Shown here piece by piece: positions 20,564 through 31,395 of a stretch of DNA of 32,000 nucleotides (position 1 is its first letter; the number at the start of each line of letters is the position of its first letter). The position numbers and the translations under genes are program-made. Under the pieces are notes generated by a model, which saw only the letters and a list, made by a program, of their open reading frames with translations, searched no databases and was not told the origin of the DNA. The stretch covers positions 540,001-572,000 of the forward strand of contig NZ_CP046578.1 of assembly GCF_013365455.1 (NCBI RefSeq), in the 5' to 3' direction. The stretch comes from Wolbachia endosymbiont of Dirofilaria (Dirofilaria) immitis (lineage in GTDB: Bacteria > Pseudomonadota > Alphaproteobacteria > Rickettsiales > Anaplasmataceae).

Positions 20564-22546
20564 ATGTCTGAGCTTGGAAATATATCACTATTAATAGCCT
20601 GCTTATTATCCTTAACATATTCATTTTTACCTTTCAGGTTTTACCGATTTATTACCATAATTATATTTTTCTGCACATCAGCATCAATGGCTATTTTGAT
20701 TTACTGTCATATCACAGACGATTTTTTACTTGAAAATGTATATTATTACTCTCATACAACAAAGCCTTTAATCTATAAAATCTGTGGTGTTTGGGGAAAC
20801 AAAAAAGGGTCCATGTTACTTTGGACCTTAGTGCTCACCTTTTACCTATTTTTAATGGACATTTTCGTTGATAACAGTAGCAAATTGAAGAAGATATCCT
20901 TAATCATCCAAAGCTTGATTTGCTTCTGTTTCTTGTTATTCACTTTACTTGAATCCAATCCTTTTATTAAAATGATAAGTATTGAAACAGATGGCCTTGG
21001 TTTTAACCCGATATTGCAAGATATTGGCCTTATAATCCATCCACCAATACTATATTTAGGATATCTTGGGTTTAGCGTTCCTTTCTCACTTTCTATAGCC
21101 GGGTTAATTATAAACACTGAAGGAAATGTTTGGGCTAGTATTGTTAGGCCTTGGGTACTCATCTCTTGGTCATTACTTACTTCCGGCATTAGCCTTGGCA
21201 GTTGGTGGGCATATCGCGAGCTTGGTTGGGGCGGATTTTGGTTCTGGGATCCGGTAGAAAACGTTTCCTTGATGCCGTGGTTAATTGCAGTAGCATTAAC
21301 ACATTTGTTACTCGTAGTACAAAATTTCAATATTTTAAGGAATTTTGCCGCTCTGCTTACACTTGTAACCTTTATACTGAGTGTAGTTGGAACATTTTTA
21401 GTTCGATCAGGAATACTTGCTTCAGTGCACACGTTTGCAGACGATCCAAGGTATGGATTGTATATATTAGCTTTACTTAGCGTAATTGCAGTTAGCAGCT
21501 TAGTAATATTTATAGTGTTTACAAGAAAAAACTATATATCTTCGCCGTCATTCCAGTACTTGACACCGCAATTTAGAAAAAAAGAAAACATGGAACCGGA
21601 TAGTCAAGTTAATCAAATACCAGAAAGTAGAAGATTCTTCTCACGCTTCACAATGGTATTGATAAACAATTTACTGTTCATCACCGCATTTTTTATCGTG
21701 CTCATCGGTACTTTATACCCTACAATACTTGAATATTCAACCGGTGAACTTATCTCAGTCGGAGCATCATACTACAATTCTTTATTTAACCCTATCATGC
21801 TAGTCACTCTGGTGCTTACCATGGCAGGACAATACTGTTGTTGGCAGGGAAATAGTCTATCACCAATACTCCGTGAATATAAATTCTCATTTTGTAGCGC
21901 TGCAGCTATTTTGCCATTTATTCTTCATGTAGAACTAATGATTGTACTATCAATTACCATTTCTATAGCATTATTAGTTTTTGTTCTGGAAGCATATAGT
22001 AAAAGAATCCGTTTATTTAAGGTGTCACTGAGTAAATCAATTTCATTAGCAAGAAGAGTTTCCAAATCTTACTACGCAATGATGCTCGCTCATGCTGGAG
22101 TAGCAACTCTAGTGCTTGGTATATCCTATTCAGTTGGTTGGCAGGAAAAAAGAGAAAACTACTTAAAGATAGGAGATAGCATAACAGTCAATAAATTCAA
22201 AGTTACCTTACAAAATATTGAATTGATAAGAAAAAAAAATTTCCAAGCAGTGAAAGGTATAATGGATGTCAGGAACCTATTGAGCAACAAAGTATTAGGT
22301 AAAGTAACCCCTGAATACAGATTTTACCTTATAGAAGGTCAGAAAAATGTTGAAAGCAGTATTTACCACAATTTATTCTCTGATATTTACGTTGTAATTG
22401 GCGAAATTAACAAAAATAAGAACAAGATCGCTACCAAAGTATACTACAAACCCGGGATGTCTATAATTTGGCTAGGGTCTTTTCTTATCGCTTTTGGCTC
22501 GCTTCTCGCTGCTTTTTCTCCTGATAAACAAGCAAAGGCTACCTAG
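20564..22546 (+). CDS. ccmF: Cytochrome c-type biogenesis protein CcmF (haem lyase subunit)
   Basis: 660 aa polytopic protein; GVWGNKKGSMLLW, RPWVLISWSLLTSGISLGSWWAYRELGWGGFWFWDPVENVSLMPWL (haem-handling WWD-type motif), and ATFLVRSGILASVHTFADDPRYGLYIL-like segment. Confidence 0.97.
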   Translation: MSELGNISLLIACLLSLTYSFLPFRFYRFITIIIFFCTSASMAILIYCHITDDFLLENVYYYSHTTKPLIYKICGVWGNKKGSMLLWTLVLTFYLFLMDIFVDNSSKLKKISLIIQSLICFCFLLFTLLESNPFIKMISIETDGLGFNPILQDIGLIIHPPILYLGYLGFSVPFSLSIAGLIINTEGNVWASIVRPWVLISWSLLTSGISLGSWWAYRELGWGGFWFWDPVENVSLMPWLIAVALTHLLLVVQNFNILRNFAALLTLVTFILSVVGTFLVRSGILASVHTFADDPRYGLYILALLSVIAVSSLVIFIVFTRKNYISSPSFQYLTPQFRKKENMEPDSQVNQIPESRRFFSRFTMVLINNLLFITAFFIVLIGTLYPTILEYSTGELISVGASYYNSLFNPIMLVTLVLTMAGQYCCWQGNSLSPILREYKFSFCSAAAILPFILHVELMIVLSITISIALLVFVLEAYSKRIRLFKVSLSKSISLARRVSKSYYAMMLAHAGVATLVLGISYSVGWQEKRENYLKIGDSITVNKFKVTLQNIELIRKKNFQAVKGIMDVRNLLSNKVLGKVTPEYRFYLIEGQKNVESSIYHNLFSDIYVVIGEINKNKNKIATKVYYKPGMSIIWLGSFLIAFGSLLAAFSPDKQAKAT

Positions 22547-23057
22547 CCATAGGTCATAGACTATCACTACACCTTAGAAAGGGTTATATTAGGGTTATAT
22601 TAAATTCAATTGAAAAGACAGGCATCTTATAGAAGCTCTAACAGAAATTATCTCACACAGGCTGCTACTATAATAGCCGTATTATTAATAACAGCTTATT
22701 TATAAAAACTCATAATATGAGTAGCTATCAATGATAGCGATGATAAAAAATATATTAATTCTATAAACTAGAAAACATAGCAAAAATATCCTTATTAGGG
22801 TTTAGCAAACAAAATTGGAGTACCAAAACAGCAAGTACTAATACACGAACAAGAGGTAAATAATATTTATTCACACGCACTCTATGTTACAGTAAAAGTG
22901 TTATCAATTTGACATCAAAAAATCTGCTTCTTAGGCAAAGAGCACTAAAAAATAGCTATTTTAATAAAGATAGGTAAAATTTCATAGAAAAGCAACGCAA
23001 AAACAGTAAAAATAGTATTATCTTACTCAAAGCAGGACTTTCTGTTAACACTATTTA

Positions 23058-23309
23058 CTAAGTAACTGGCTTATTAGCGGATGAATATGATAATAAAGTA
23101 CATGTAGGTTTTACATGTTAAACTATAGGATAATAAAAAGTATGCTAAGGCAAATTTAGTAAGCAAGGCTAGAGTAAGCACAACAGCAAATACAAAGGTA
23201 TAAAAAAGACTAACAATCTTCTTCAAACTGATAAATTATGCTATAGTAGTGCTAATAATCTTTATATTAGGTGTTTCTATTGACATTATCTCCTAAGTAA
23301 CTGGCTTAT
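23058..23309 (+). repeat. 17-bp direct repeat CTAAGTAACTGGCTTAT, two copies (23058-23074 and 23293-23309)
   Basis: Exact match of the two copies read directly from the sequence, 235 bp start to start, in the gap upstream of secF. Confidence 0.8.
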
Positions 23310-23407
23310 CAATTGATAAAACCACATGATCTGAAAGCTATTCAACCATAAAACAAACTAGTGAATCTTTTGAAAAAAAATATAAGATTTAGGTTTAAAT
23401 AAAGAAC

Positions 23408-24289
23408 ATGGTAGTCAGAATCATTTCAGATAACTTCAATATTAAATTTAGTAAATACAGAAAATTGACTATGCTAATTAGTGTTATTCTGGTCATCTTT
23501 TCAATATTCACTGTTATGTTACGTGGAGTGAATCTAGGCATAGACTTTACGGGAGGAATTTTGATAGAGATAAAGTCTTCAAATGAAGATCATGTTATTC
23601 TTAATATATTAAAAGAGAACAGTCTTACGGCGCAGAGTTCAAAAGCAGGTGATAGTTTAGTCATGCGCTTTAAAAAGGAAAGAAACGAAGATAAAATTAA
23701 AAAGATAAAAAACGTATTAGAAAAAAAGTTAGGTAGCTCGATAAGCTATCGTAAAATAGACTATGTTGGGCCACAAATAGGCTCATCACAAATATTTGAA
23801 GGAATGTTATCAATGTTGATTGCAATTGCTGGAATATTTTTTTATGTCTGGCTTAGGTTTAATTGGCAATGTGGATTTAGTGGAATAATAGCACTAGCTC
23901 ATGACATGATTTTAACCACCGGTTTTATTAGCTTAACTGGCATTGAATTTAATACCTCATCAATCGCAGCTCTTCTTACTGTAATTGGTTACTCAATCAA
24001 TAATTCAGTGGTTATATACGATCGAATTCGAGAATATCAAAAAAATCGTAAGGAGAAACATATAAGTGAAATAGTAGATGCGAGTATTAATGCCACGTTA
24101 CTTCGTACTGTCTTAACCTCAGGTACAACATTACTTGCTGCTCTTCCTTTGACATTAATTTGTACAGGTACAGTCAGAGATTTCAGCTTGATCATCTTTT
24201 TTGGTATCTTAATTGGCACTTGCTCTGCAATATTCATCTCTGCTCCTATATTGACCTGCAGAATTTTAATAAGCAGGTTCACGATATAA
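23408..24289 (+). CDS. secF: Protein translocase subunit SecF
   Basis: 293 aa; [79 protein letters not shown]. Confidence 0.95.
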   Translation: MVVRIISDNFNIKFSKYRKLTMLISVILVIFSIFTVMLRGVNLGIDFTGGILIEIKSSNEDHVILNILKENSLTAQSSKAGDSLVMRFKKERNEDKIKKIKNVLEKKLGSSISYRKIDYVGPQIGSSQIFEGMLSMLIAIAGIFFYVWLRFNWQCGFSGIIALAHDMILTTGFISLTGIEFNTSSIAALLTVIGYSINNSVVIYDRIREYQKNRKEKHISEIVDASINATLLRTVLTSGTTLLAALPLTLICTGTVRDFSLIIFFGILIGTCSAIFISAPILTCRILISRFTI

Positions 24290-24749
24290 CATTAGCTCAT
24301 CATTCCCTATAGTGAGACGAGAACATCAAAAAAAATTCACCTCAAGTAGTGAGCAAAATATGGAACAGAGCTGATACTTGCCTGCACATCATTAACCAAG
24401 AATGCCATAGTACTGACATAAATTTGAGCTTAAGTATAAAAGTGTCCAGTCACAAGATTTTTTAAATTCAATACTCACACTGTTTTGAATCTTCTCTTTC
24501 ATGGTAAAAAAGTACTGAGAAACTCATTCTAGTTTATCCCTTTATAAATCGATAAGCATTACAATAATAATGATATTATCAGCAGCTAAACAAATAGTTT
24601 TTTACTGTGTTTATATTATTAAAATATGAAGCTATTACAATAAATTATAAAGATTAGCGTTAAAAGTCATTATTAAAAATAAGTAAATTTTATTGTTTTA
24701 GTACAATATTTAATATACACTTTAAGGAAGTGCATTTAGCTTAAGTTTT

Positions 24750-26468
24750 ATGTCAGAAGCAAGAAATCTAATTTTGACAGTTATTCTTTCTATATTAATT
24801 ATAGTATCTTGGTATGTTATTTATGATAATTTTCTCAATATAGATCAAAATAATCCACCAATTAAAAATATTGAACATATAGAATCTTTTAATGACCTTG
24901 TTCCTATAATGTACCAAAATCGTTCAGAAATCATTAATTCTACTCAAGGGCAAAGGATCAATCTAACTAATAACATGGTTAAAGGGTCGATTTCTTTAAA
25001 GGGTATCAGGTTTGATGACCTAATCTTAATCAACTACCGCTTAGAGCTAAATCCCTCCTCTCCACAAGTGGTATTGCTGTCACCTGCAGAATCAAAAGAT
25101 GTATATTTTGCAGAATTTGGTTGGCTCGATCCAAGTGGCAAAATAAAAATTCCAGACTCTAAAACAGTTTGGCAAGTTGATGAAGCTGAGTTAACTAATC
25201 GAAAAGCAGTTAATCTATCTTGGGATAATAAAAATGGCATCGTATTCAGAACAAAAGTGAGCCTTGACGACAGCTACATGTTTAAGATCGAGCAAATTGT
25301 TGAGAATAATACAAAGGACAATATAATCTTAGTCCCTTATGGTAAAATTAACCGCAAACGTGATAACATTAACGAATCTTATTGGATATCACATGAAGGA
25401 GTATTAGGTACATTTGATAACAAACTAGAAGAATGGACATATAAAGATATCGCCAAAAAACATTTAATAAAAGCTAGCACAAGCGGAAAAAATTGGTTTG
25501 GTTTTGCTGATAAATATTGGCTTACAGCCATTATACCTGAGAAACCGGATAAAATAAATGTTAGCATCAAACATACAAATATTAATAACATTGATAAATT
25601 TCAAGCAGATTTTGTCAAATCTCACAAAAGCATACTTCCTGGCACAAGTATCTCTAGTGTAAACTACTTTTTTGCTGGAGCAAAAAAACTAAATTTATTA
25701 GATTATTATAAAAGTGCTCTCAATATACCTTTGTTTGACAAAGCTGTAGATTTTGGCATTCTTTACTTCGTAACCAAGCCAGTATTTCTGCTGCTTGAAT
25801 ATTTTAACTTCATCTTAAAAAATTTTGGCTTAGCAATATTAGCACTAACCTTAGTAATAAAACTCTTAATGCTTCCTTTATCCAACAGGTCATATATTTC
25901 AATGTTTAAAATAAAAATTCTACAGCCTGAAGTAACTCGTATAAAGGAATTATATAAAAATGATAATTTAAAACAGCACAAAGAGATAGTTGCATTGTTC
26001 AAAAGAAACAAAGTCAACCCAATGTCAAGCATCCTTCCTATAATAGTACAAATACCGGTATTTTTTGCTCTATACAAAGTATTATTCGTTACTATAGAGA
26101 TGAGGCATGCCCCTTTTTATTTATGGATTAAGGACCTTTCAGCTCCTGATCCAATAAACATCTTTACATTATTTGGATTATTTAATTACAATTTCCCTGT
26201 TTCTGTAGGCATTCTGCCCGCAATTTTAGGCATTACCATGATAGCTCAGCAAAAGATCAGTGAAAAAGATCATAATAATGAAGATGATGTTCAAGTAAAT
26301 ATCATGAGATTTTTACCTTACATTTCCATCTTTATTTTTTCTTCTTTTCCCGCAGGCTTAGTAATATATTGGATATTTAGTAATATTATAACTTTAATTC
26401 AACAATCTGTAATGAAATCATTCTTAACGAGAAAAGTGGGAATAAATGTCGAAAATACTAATAGTTAA
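24750..26468 (+). CDS. yidC: Membrane protein insertase YidC
   Basis: 572 aa; N-terminal TM plus periplasmic domain, then [18 protein letters not shown]...[38 protein letters not shown] and [11 protein letters not shown]...[23 protein letters not shown]. Confidence 0.96.
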   Translation: MSEARNLILTVILSILIIVSWYVIYDNFLNIDQNNPPIKNIEHIESFNDLVPIMYQNRSEIINSTQGQRINLTNNMVKGSISLKGIRFDDLILINYRLELNPSSPQVVLLSPAESKDVYFAEFGWLDPSGKIKIPDSKTVWQVDEAELTNRKAVNLSWDNKNGIVFRTKVSLDDSYMFKIEQIVENNTKDNIILVPYGKINRKRDNINESYWISHEGVLGTFDNKLEEWTYKDIAKKHLIKASTSGKNWFGFADKYWLTAIIPEKPDKINVSIKHTNINNIDKFQADFVKSHKSILPGTSISSVNYFFAGAKKLNLLDYYKSALNIPLFDKAVDFGILYFVTKPVFLLLEYFNFILKNFGLAILALTLVIKLLMLPLSNRSYISMFKIKILQPEVTRIKELYKNDNLKQHKEIVALFKRNKVNPMSSILPIIVQIPVFFALYKVLFVTIEMRHAPFYLWIKDLSAPDPINIFTLFGLFNYNFPVSVGILPAILGITMIAQQKISEKDHNNEDDVQVNIMRFLPYISIFIFSSFPAGLVIYWIFSNIITLIQQSVMKSFLTRKVGINVENTNS

Positions 26469-26874
26469 TTCGGTTTATTATACTAAAATAGCTAACCTTC
26501 TACTTGAAGGTGCAACTGATAAATTTAAAGATAGCAGTGCCAGTTACGATATAGCTGAGGTTCCTGGTGTATTTGAGATACCAGCTACAATCCTTTTTAC
26601 AGTTAAAAGTAAGTATGTCAATCATGAAGGTTATTTAGTTTTTGAATGCATAATACATGGCAAAACTGATCATTATCAGTACGTTTGTAAAGGAGTAATC
26701 AAATGCTTAAACGAAATTATTATACGCTATGCAGTATTACTTGGCATAGGTATAATTACTGCTGACAGCAAAGATAAAGCTTTAGTAAGAGCTAGCAAAA
26801 GCAAAAAGAACATAGGTGATCATGCAGCCTTAGTTGTTTTATACATGATAGATTTATATAAAAGACTAAGCTAA
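26446..26874 (+). CDS. ribH: 6,7-dimethyl-8-ribityllumazine synthase
   Basis: 142 aa; [73 protein letters not shown]. The layout matches RibH. Confidence 0.88.
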   Translation: MSKILIVNSVYYTKIANLLLEGATDKFKDSSASYDIAEVPGVFEIPATILFTVKSKYVNHEGYLVFECIIHGKTDHYQYVCKGVIKCLNEIIIRYAVLLGIGIITADSKDKALVRASKSKKNIGDHAALVVLYMIDLYKRLS

Positions 26875-27350
26875 TGGAGAAAGAGCATGTAGAAAGAAAG
26901 TGGTACATAAAGAGAAGTACAGCAAGGTTTCTTACCGTACAAGTTGCTTACTCAAATATTTTTATAGGCTACGACAAAAACACCTTTGAACTAGAAAACT
27001 GTGAGCTTAGGAACTATGTCAATAAGTTAGTGGATATATTTGAATGCAAAGAGTTTGATTATCAATTTTTAGAAAAGCTATCATATAAAGTCATAAGAAA
27101 CAGTAAAGAATATGATAAAATAATAGAACTTTATTTACACCCAAGCTGGTCTCTTGCACGGCTGAATCTCATAAGTCTATCTATTTTACGTGTTGCAATA
27201 TGTGAGTTAGCTAATTGTGATACACCGGCTCCAGTTGTTATTAATGAATATACTAACATTGCATCTGATCTACTCAATAAGTCAAGCGAAATTGGTTTCA
27301 TTAATGGATTATTAGATAAGGCAAAAGATGTGGCTAAGTTAAACAAGTAA
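26874..27350 (+). CDS. nusB: Transcription antitermination factor NusB
   Basis: 158 aa; [74 protein letters not shown]. The LS.LRVA.CEL......P..V.INEY...A......FINGLLD pattern is typical of NusB. Confidence 0.88.
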   Translation: MEKEHVERKWYIKRSTARFLTVQVAYSNIFIGYDKNTFELENCELRNYVNKLVDIFECKEFDYQFLEKLSYKVIRNSKEYDKIIELYLHPSWSLARLNLISLSILRVAICELANCDTPAPVVINEYTNIASDLLNKSSEIGFINGLLDKAKDVAKLNK

Positions 27351-27471
27351 TCTTAATAATTCTCTTAAACGGCATAAACATTAGAGAATAAAAAGAAGGT
27401 AGTGAAAAGACCTTTTATCTTCTTTAAGATCTATGGTAGACTGACAAGAACTATTAACTATAGCATAATAA

Positions 27472-27735
27472 ATGGTAAAAGACGAAAAGTCAAAAGCAAT
27501 TTTTGAGGTAGAAGGAACAGTGACTGTCTTATTACCTGCAGCAGAATTTAGAGTGAAGTTAGACAATGAACACGAAATCATTTGTCATGTATCAGGAAGA
27601 GTAAGAAGAAGTAAAATACGCATTGTTATCGGAGATAGGGTACTAGTTGAAATGAGTATTTACGATAGGAATGCAAAAAAAGGTCGTATAATTAGAAGGC
27701 TTAAAGGTACAAGTGAAAGAACCATCTCTAAATAG
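27472..27735 (+). CDS. infA: Translation initiation factor IF-1
   Basis: 87 aa; [68 protein letters not shown]. Confidence 0.95.
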   Translation: MVKDEKSKAIFEVEGTVTVLLPAAEFRVKLDNEHEIICHVSGRVRRSKIRIVIGDRVLVEMSIYDRNAKKGRIIRRLKGTSERTISK

Positions 27736-28309
27736 TCTTATTCTTGCTTCATCATCAGAAAGGCGCATAGCCTTACTAAAACAAATAAATATTAAACCAG
27801 GCTTAATTTTGTCAGCAGATATAGATAAAACTCCCTTGAAGAAGGAACTCCCAAAAGATTATTCAATCCGCATGGCAAAAGGTAAAGCTGAAAAAATACA
27901 AAGCTCGAATCCAAATTACTTTGTGCTCGGTGTTGATACCGTCGTTGCCTGTGGCAGGAGGATATTACTTAAAGCAGAAAACATTGAACAAGCAGGAAAA
28001 TACATTCGCTTATTATCAGGAAGAAGGCATAAAGTATATACCAGTGTGTGTCTATTAACCCCCCATCGATCCAAACAGCATATTAGAACTGTAGTTACAA
28101 TAGTAAAATTCAAACATCTCAGTGTACAGGAAATTAAATATTATTTAGCATCAGAAGAGTGGAAAAACAAAGCAGGAGGATGCAATATACAAGGCCTTGC
28201 TGAAATGTTCGTATTGTTCTTACGTGGCTCATACTCTTCTATTATAGGACTACCGTTACATGAAACCTATTGTTTGCTAAGTAACTACTTTAATCTTAAC
28301 TTATATTGA
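27713..28309 (+). CDS. maf: Maf family nucleotide pyrophosphatase
   Basis: 198 aa; [91 protein letters not shown]. Confidence 0.93.
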   Translation: MKEPSLNSLILASSSERRIALLKQINIKPGLILSADIDKTPLKKELPKDYSIRMAKGKAEKIQSSNPNYFVLGVDTVVACGRRILLKAENIEQAGKYIRLLSGRRHKVYTSVCLLTPHRSKQHIRTVVTIVKFKHLSVQEIKYYLASEEWKNKAGGCNIQGLAEMFVLFLRGSYSSIIGLPLHETYCLLSNYFNLNLY

Positions 28310-28539
28310 CATACCTTTATCTTTCTATTTTTGTTGCTTAGTATAATCTCACTGTGGTATTACTATTAGATGTTTGACTAGAATATCTTTTTTTCTTCTT
28401 CTACCACCCCAATTTTCAGTTGTACTATATCTTCTTGGTAAATTTTTCCATAAGTAAAGTGCTCTCACTTTGTTAAACACCTCCTCTATCTTTTTCCAGA
28501 GCTAAATGAAAATAGAGTTTTGTTATTATCATTCTCTAC

Positions 28540-29049
28540 TTCTCTATGGTATCTAGATTTTGATTATTTTCTTTACCTACTATCCCCCTATCTCTAGCCA
28601 TTTGTATATTAGTTTTTTCCCTTATTTTCTGCAAAATGTTTCCCGAAAATGAATCTTTTAGTACATTCATTGCTTGATCGGCCAGGTTAAAGATTAAATA
28701 TTTTTTAACTCTTTATCAACCGGTTCACCTGTTTTACATAAGTTTTACCACTGTGATCTTTACTATTTTCCTCTTCCCCTCCCAATAATTTGTCTTTCCT
28801 TTAAGAACTTAACTTTTCTTTCCAAGTCTATCTAGCATTTCTTCTTCCCATTTTTTTAATGCTTTATTTGCTCTTTAAAAATTCTTCTCTTTTTCCTCAG
28901 TGCTAACTGAAGACGACCTCTGCCACTATCATCAGAAGGTACACTGGCAACGTGCTTCCTACACTTGAATCACTTTTACTATTTAGTGTTGGAGCAAAGA
29001 CACCAATAGTTGAGTCCACTACTTTTTTCATATTTGGTCGAACTGTCAT
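28540..29049 (-). pseudogene. Probable decayed protein-coding gene, family not recognised
   Basis: Three minus-strand frames in succession give non-random peptide: MTVRPNMKKVVDSTIGVFAPTLNSKSDSSVGSTLPV (from 29049), then VPSDDSGRGRLQLALRKKRRIFKEQIKH (from about 28942), then NKALKKWEEEMLDRLGKKS. Farther on, NLADQAMNVLKDSFSGNILQKIREKTNIQMARDRGIVGKENNQNLDTIEK (28540-28689) is open. The minus strand is purine-rich across the gap, as expected for former coding sequence. Confidence 0.45.
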
Positions 29050-29842
29050 CTTTATCACTTCTTTCTATTGATGCTTTTCTGCTCTTAATACCAACATGCC
29101 ATAAGTCTCCTTCCCCCTTTTTCTCATTGTTGACCTTGGGTGTTAAATTCCTCCACTCACATCTTTGCTTATCTTTAATTGCTCTTTATCACTTAATTAA
29201 TTTACCCTAAATAAATTTTATAACTTAATTCCTAACCTTAATCTTAACAACGCACTTCTGTACATTTTTATTAAACTAATTTAGAGCACTTTACATGAAT
29301 CATCAGTTATATGATACAGTCATCTTATTTTTCTCCCTCACTTCCCTCTTCACCGTACAAAGTTAAAAATCCCGTAATTCCATTCTATCACCTTTTAGCA
29401 TAATACTAGCGTGGTTACCACATATTAAATATCTTTAATATACTACTAATATAATTTATCAACATATAACTCAGTTTCACTTTTAAGCTTTTGTACATCT
29501 TTTCTTTATCATACTAAGCCTCTTCTGCAGAACTTCATAAACTTTATCCTTGTTCAATTAACATTTTTGTCCAACTCACATCATCTTTTATTAAATGACT
29601 TAACTATACTAAAATCAACCACTGTATTACAAACTAATTTATCCTCTTTTATCTTAATGAATAAAGACAAAAAATTTTGAATAAAGTTGTCACAGCTATT
29701 CAATTATTTATTCTTTAACATCATATTCCATCTCACTAATGATTATTTACCTCTTAGTTCCTAGCTAGTATAATTACTATGGTAATTAGCAAGCTTTCAT
29801 AAAGGAAGCTGTGCTTTTAGATGGCAACTAACTGTTTTTTAC

Positions 29843-31168
29843 TTACAATTTTAAATATCTATTACTCATAGTAAACACTTCTGGACTTCTAAAAGTTAGC
29901 TTGAATATAGCAAGTATGTTGATAAATAATAAAGCAGCAATCGAGATATCAGCAATATTCCAGAGTAATTGAACCTCACTTATTGCACCAAGCGGAATAA
30001 TTGCAGTAAAAATTACAATCCAGATTTTAATGTATTTATCATTCATAGATACGTAGCGTATTGTTTGTTTTGCACAGAAAAACCAAGTAAAAATAGTAGT
30101 AAAAGCAAAACAAAACATTATGACTATGATCAAGTAATCAATACAAGGATAACTCATAGCCCTTCTAAAAGCAAATATACACATGTTAGTACTCTCTAAA
30201 TCAGTAACCCAAGAATCTGTAACAAGTAGTACCATTGCTGTAATGAACACTATAAATGCAACTACAAAAGGTGATATTATAGTGATCAGACTCTGTTCAA
30301 TAATAAACCTATTGCTATTTTTCTTAGGAATAATCGAAGAGTGTACAATACCTTCAAGGCCAAGTCCTATATCTGTTGCAAAAATACCACGTAAAGTTCC
30401 TACTTGAATAATAGTTAACACTTCCAAAATCAAACCTAGAGATAAACCAGAGTTAAAACCACTAGTTGTAAAGAAACTACTTGTTATCAATTTCAAAGAA
30501 GGAAGAACATTTTCACTAAACTTAAATAATATGATACTACAAAGTGTAAGATAACTTACCGTCATTATTGGTATCATAGCCGATATAAAAATTTTAATTT
30601 TTTTAAAGCTGAAAGCTACAACAGCAAAAAACATTATAGCCATAACAACTCCACCAACAACCATAGGCACATTTACCATGCCAAGCGGTATTGACAGAGA
30701 ATTTACCTGAACAAGGTTACCAACAGTTATGGAAGCTACTATCATAATGGCTAAAAACGTAACCGTAGCCTTTTTGGAATTAAATGCATCAGCCATACAA
30801 GCTATAGGACCACCGATAAACTGTCCATTTTTCTTCTTTCTGGTCCTCATACTCAGGTAACAAGTAACATATTTTATTATAGAAGTGACAACAATAACTA
30901 TTGCCATCCATAAAATGGAACCTGGTCCCCCAGTTTTTAGAGCAACAGCAGTTCCTGAAATATTCCCTACTCCTAAATTTCCCCCTAAAATTGTAAATAG
31001 AGCAACTACAGAAGAAAATTTATTTTCTCCTCTTTTAGCTCCAATGAGTGAAAACGCGTATGGCAATCTAAATACTTGTAACCATTTCAGTTTAACTGAT
31101 AGATAAATACTGGTGATTAGTACTAGTAATATTGTTAGCAGTAATAAAACAAATTTTACTGTATCCAT
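29843..31168 (-). CDS. AGCS-family sodium:alanine/amino-acid symporter-like protein
   Basis: 441 aa polytopic protein; FTILGGNLGVGNISGTAVALKTGGPGSILWM and YLSMRTRKKKNGQFIGGPIACMADAF are typical of the AGCS family, and GTLRGIFATDIGLGLEGIVHSSI corresponds to the central GxxRGxFSNEAGxG-like region. Confidence 0.85.
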   Translation of the reverse strand: MDTVKFVLLLLTILLVLITSIYLSVKLKWLQVFRLPYAFSLIGAKRGENKFSSVVALFTILGGNLGVGNISGTAVALKTGGPGSILWMAIVIVVTSIIKYVTCYLSMRTRKKKNGQFIGGPIACMADAFNSKKATVTFLAIMIVASITVGNLVQVNSLSIPLGMVNVPMVVGGVVMAIMFFAVVAFSFKKIKIFISAMIPIMTVSYLTLCSIILFKFSENVLPSLKLITSSFFTTSGFNSGLSLGLILEVLTIIQVGTLRGIFATDIGLGLEGIVHSSIIPKKNSNRFIIEQSLITIISPFVVAFIVFITAMVLLVTDSWVTDLESTNMCIFAFRRAMSYPCIDYLIIVIMFCFAFTTIFTWFFCAKQTIRYVSMNDKYIKIWIVIFTAIIPLGAISEVQLLWNIADISIAALLFINILAIFKLTFRSPEVFTMSNRYLKL

Positions 31169-31267
31169 CTACAAGCTAAAGATAAGCTTTTTGACTTAAG
31201 TATACAAACAAAAGTTAAAAATGCCTAAGCCTATTTTCTGTAAAAGTTTATACAGCTAACAAGTTTG

Positions 31268-31341
31268 TTTTTGTCAGCTCATAGCATGACCATGAATCAG
31301 ACACCCCCCGTCCACACAACGCATCAGGGGCTGACAAAACA
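31268..31341. repeat. Intergenic inverted repeat enclosing a GC-rich core
   Basis: Left arm GTTTTTGTCAGC (31268-31279), right arm GCTGACAAAAC (31330-31340), and a nested TCAG-aca-CCCC ... GGGGCTGA pairing (31297-31334). Confidence 0.6.
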
Positions 31342-31395
31342 AAAAAAAAGAGCACCAGAACGATCAAAAAAAACCTATTCTAGTTCCTTAAAAGG

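Noticed and set aside
20842-21432. 196-aa minus-strand ORF (and the nested 92-aa 21202..21480 plus-strand ORF) within ccmF
   Set aside because: Long, but entirely inside the highly conserved WWD region of ccmF; the length is explained by the coding constraint of the sense strand.
29010-29210. 66-aa plus-strand ORF in the 1.5-kb gap
   Set aside because: Leu/Ser-rich antisense-type translation; the coding-like signal in the overlapping area is on the minus strand.
29969-31106. Plus-strand ORFs opposite the symporter (29969..30199, 30183..30407, 30885..31106)
   Set aside because: Contained in the AGCS-like CDS and lacking independent features.
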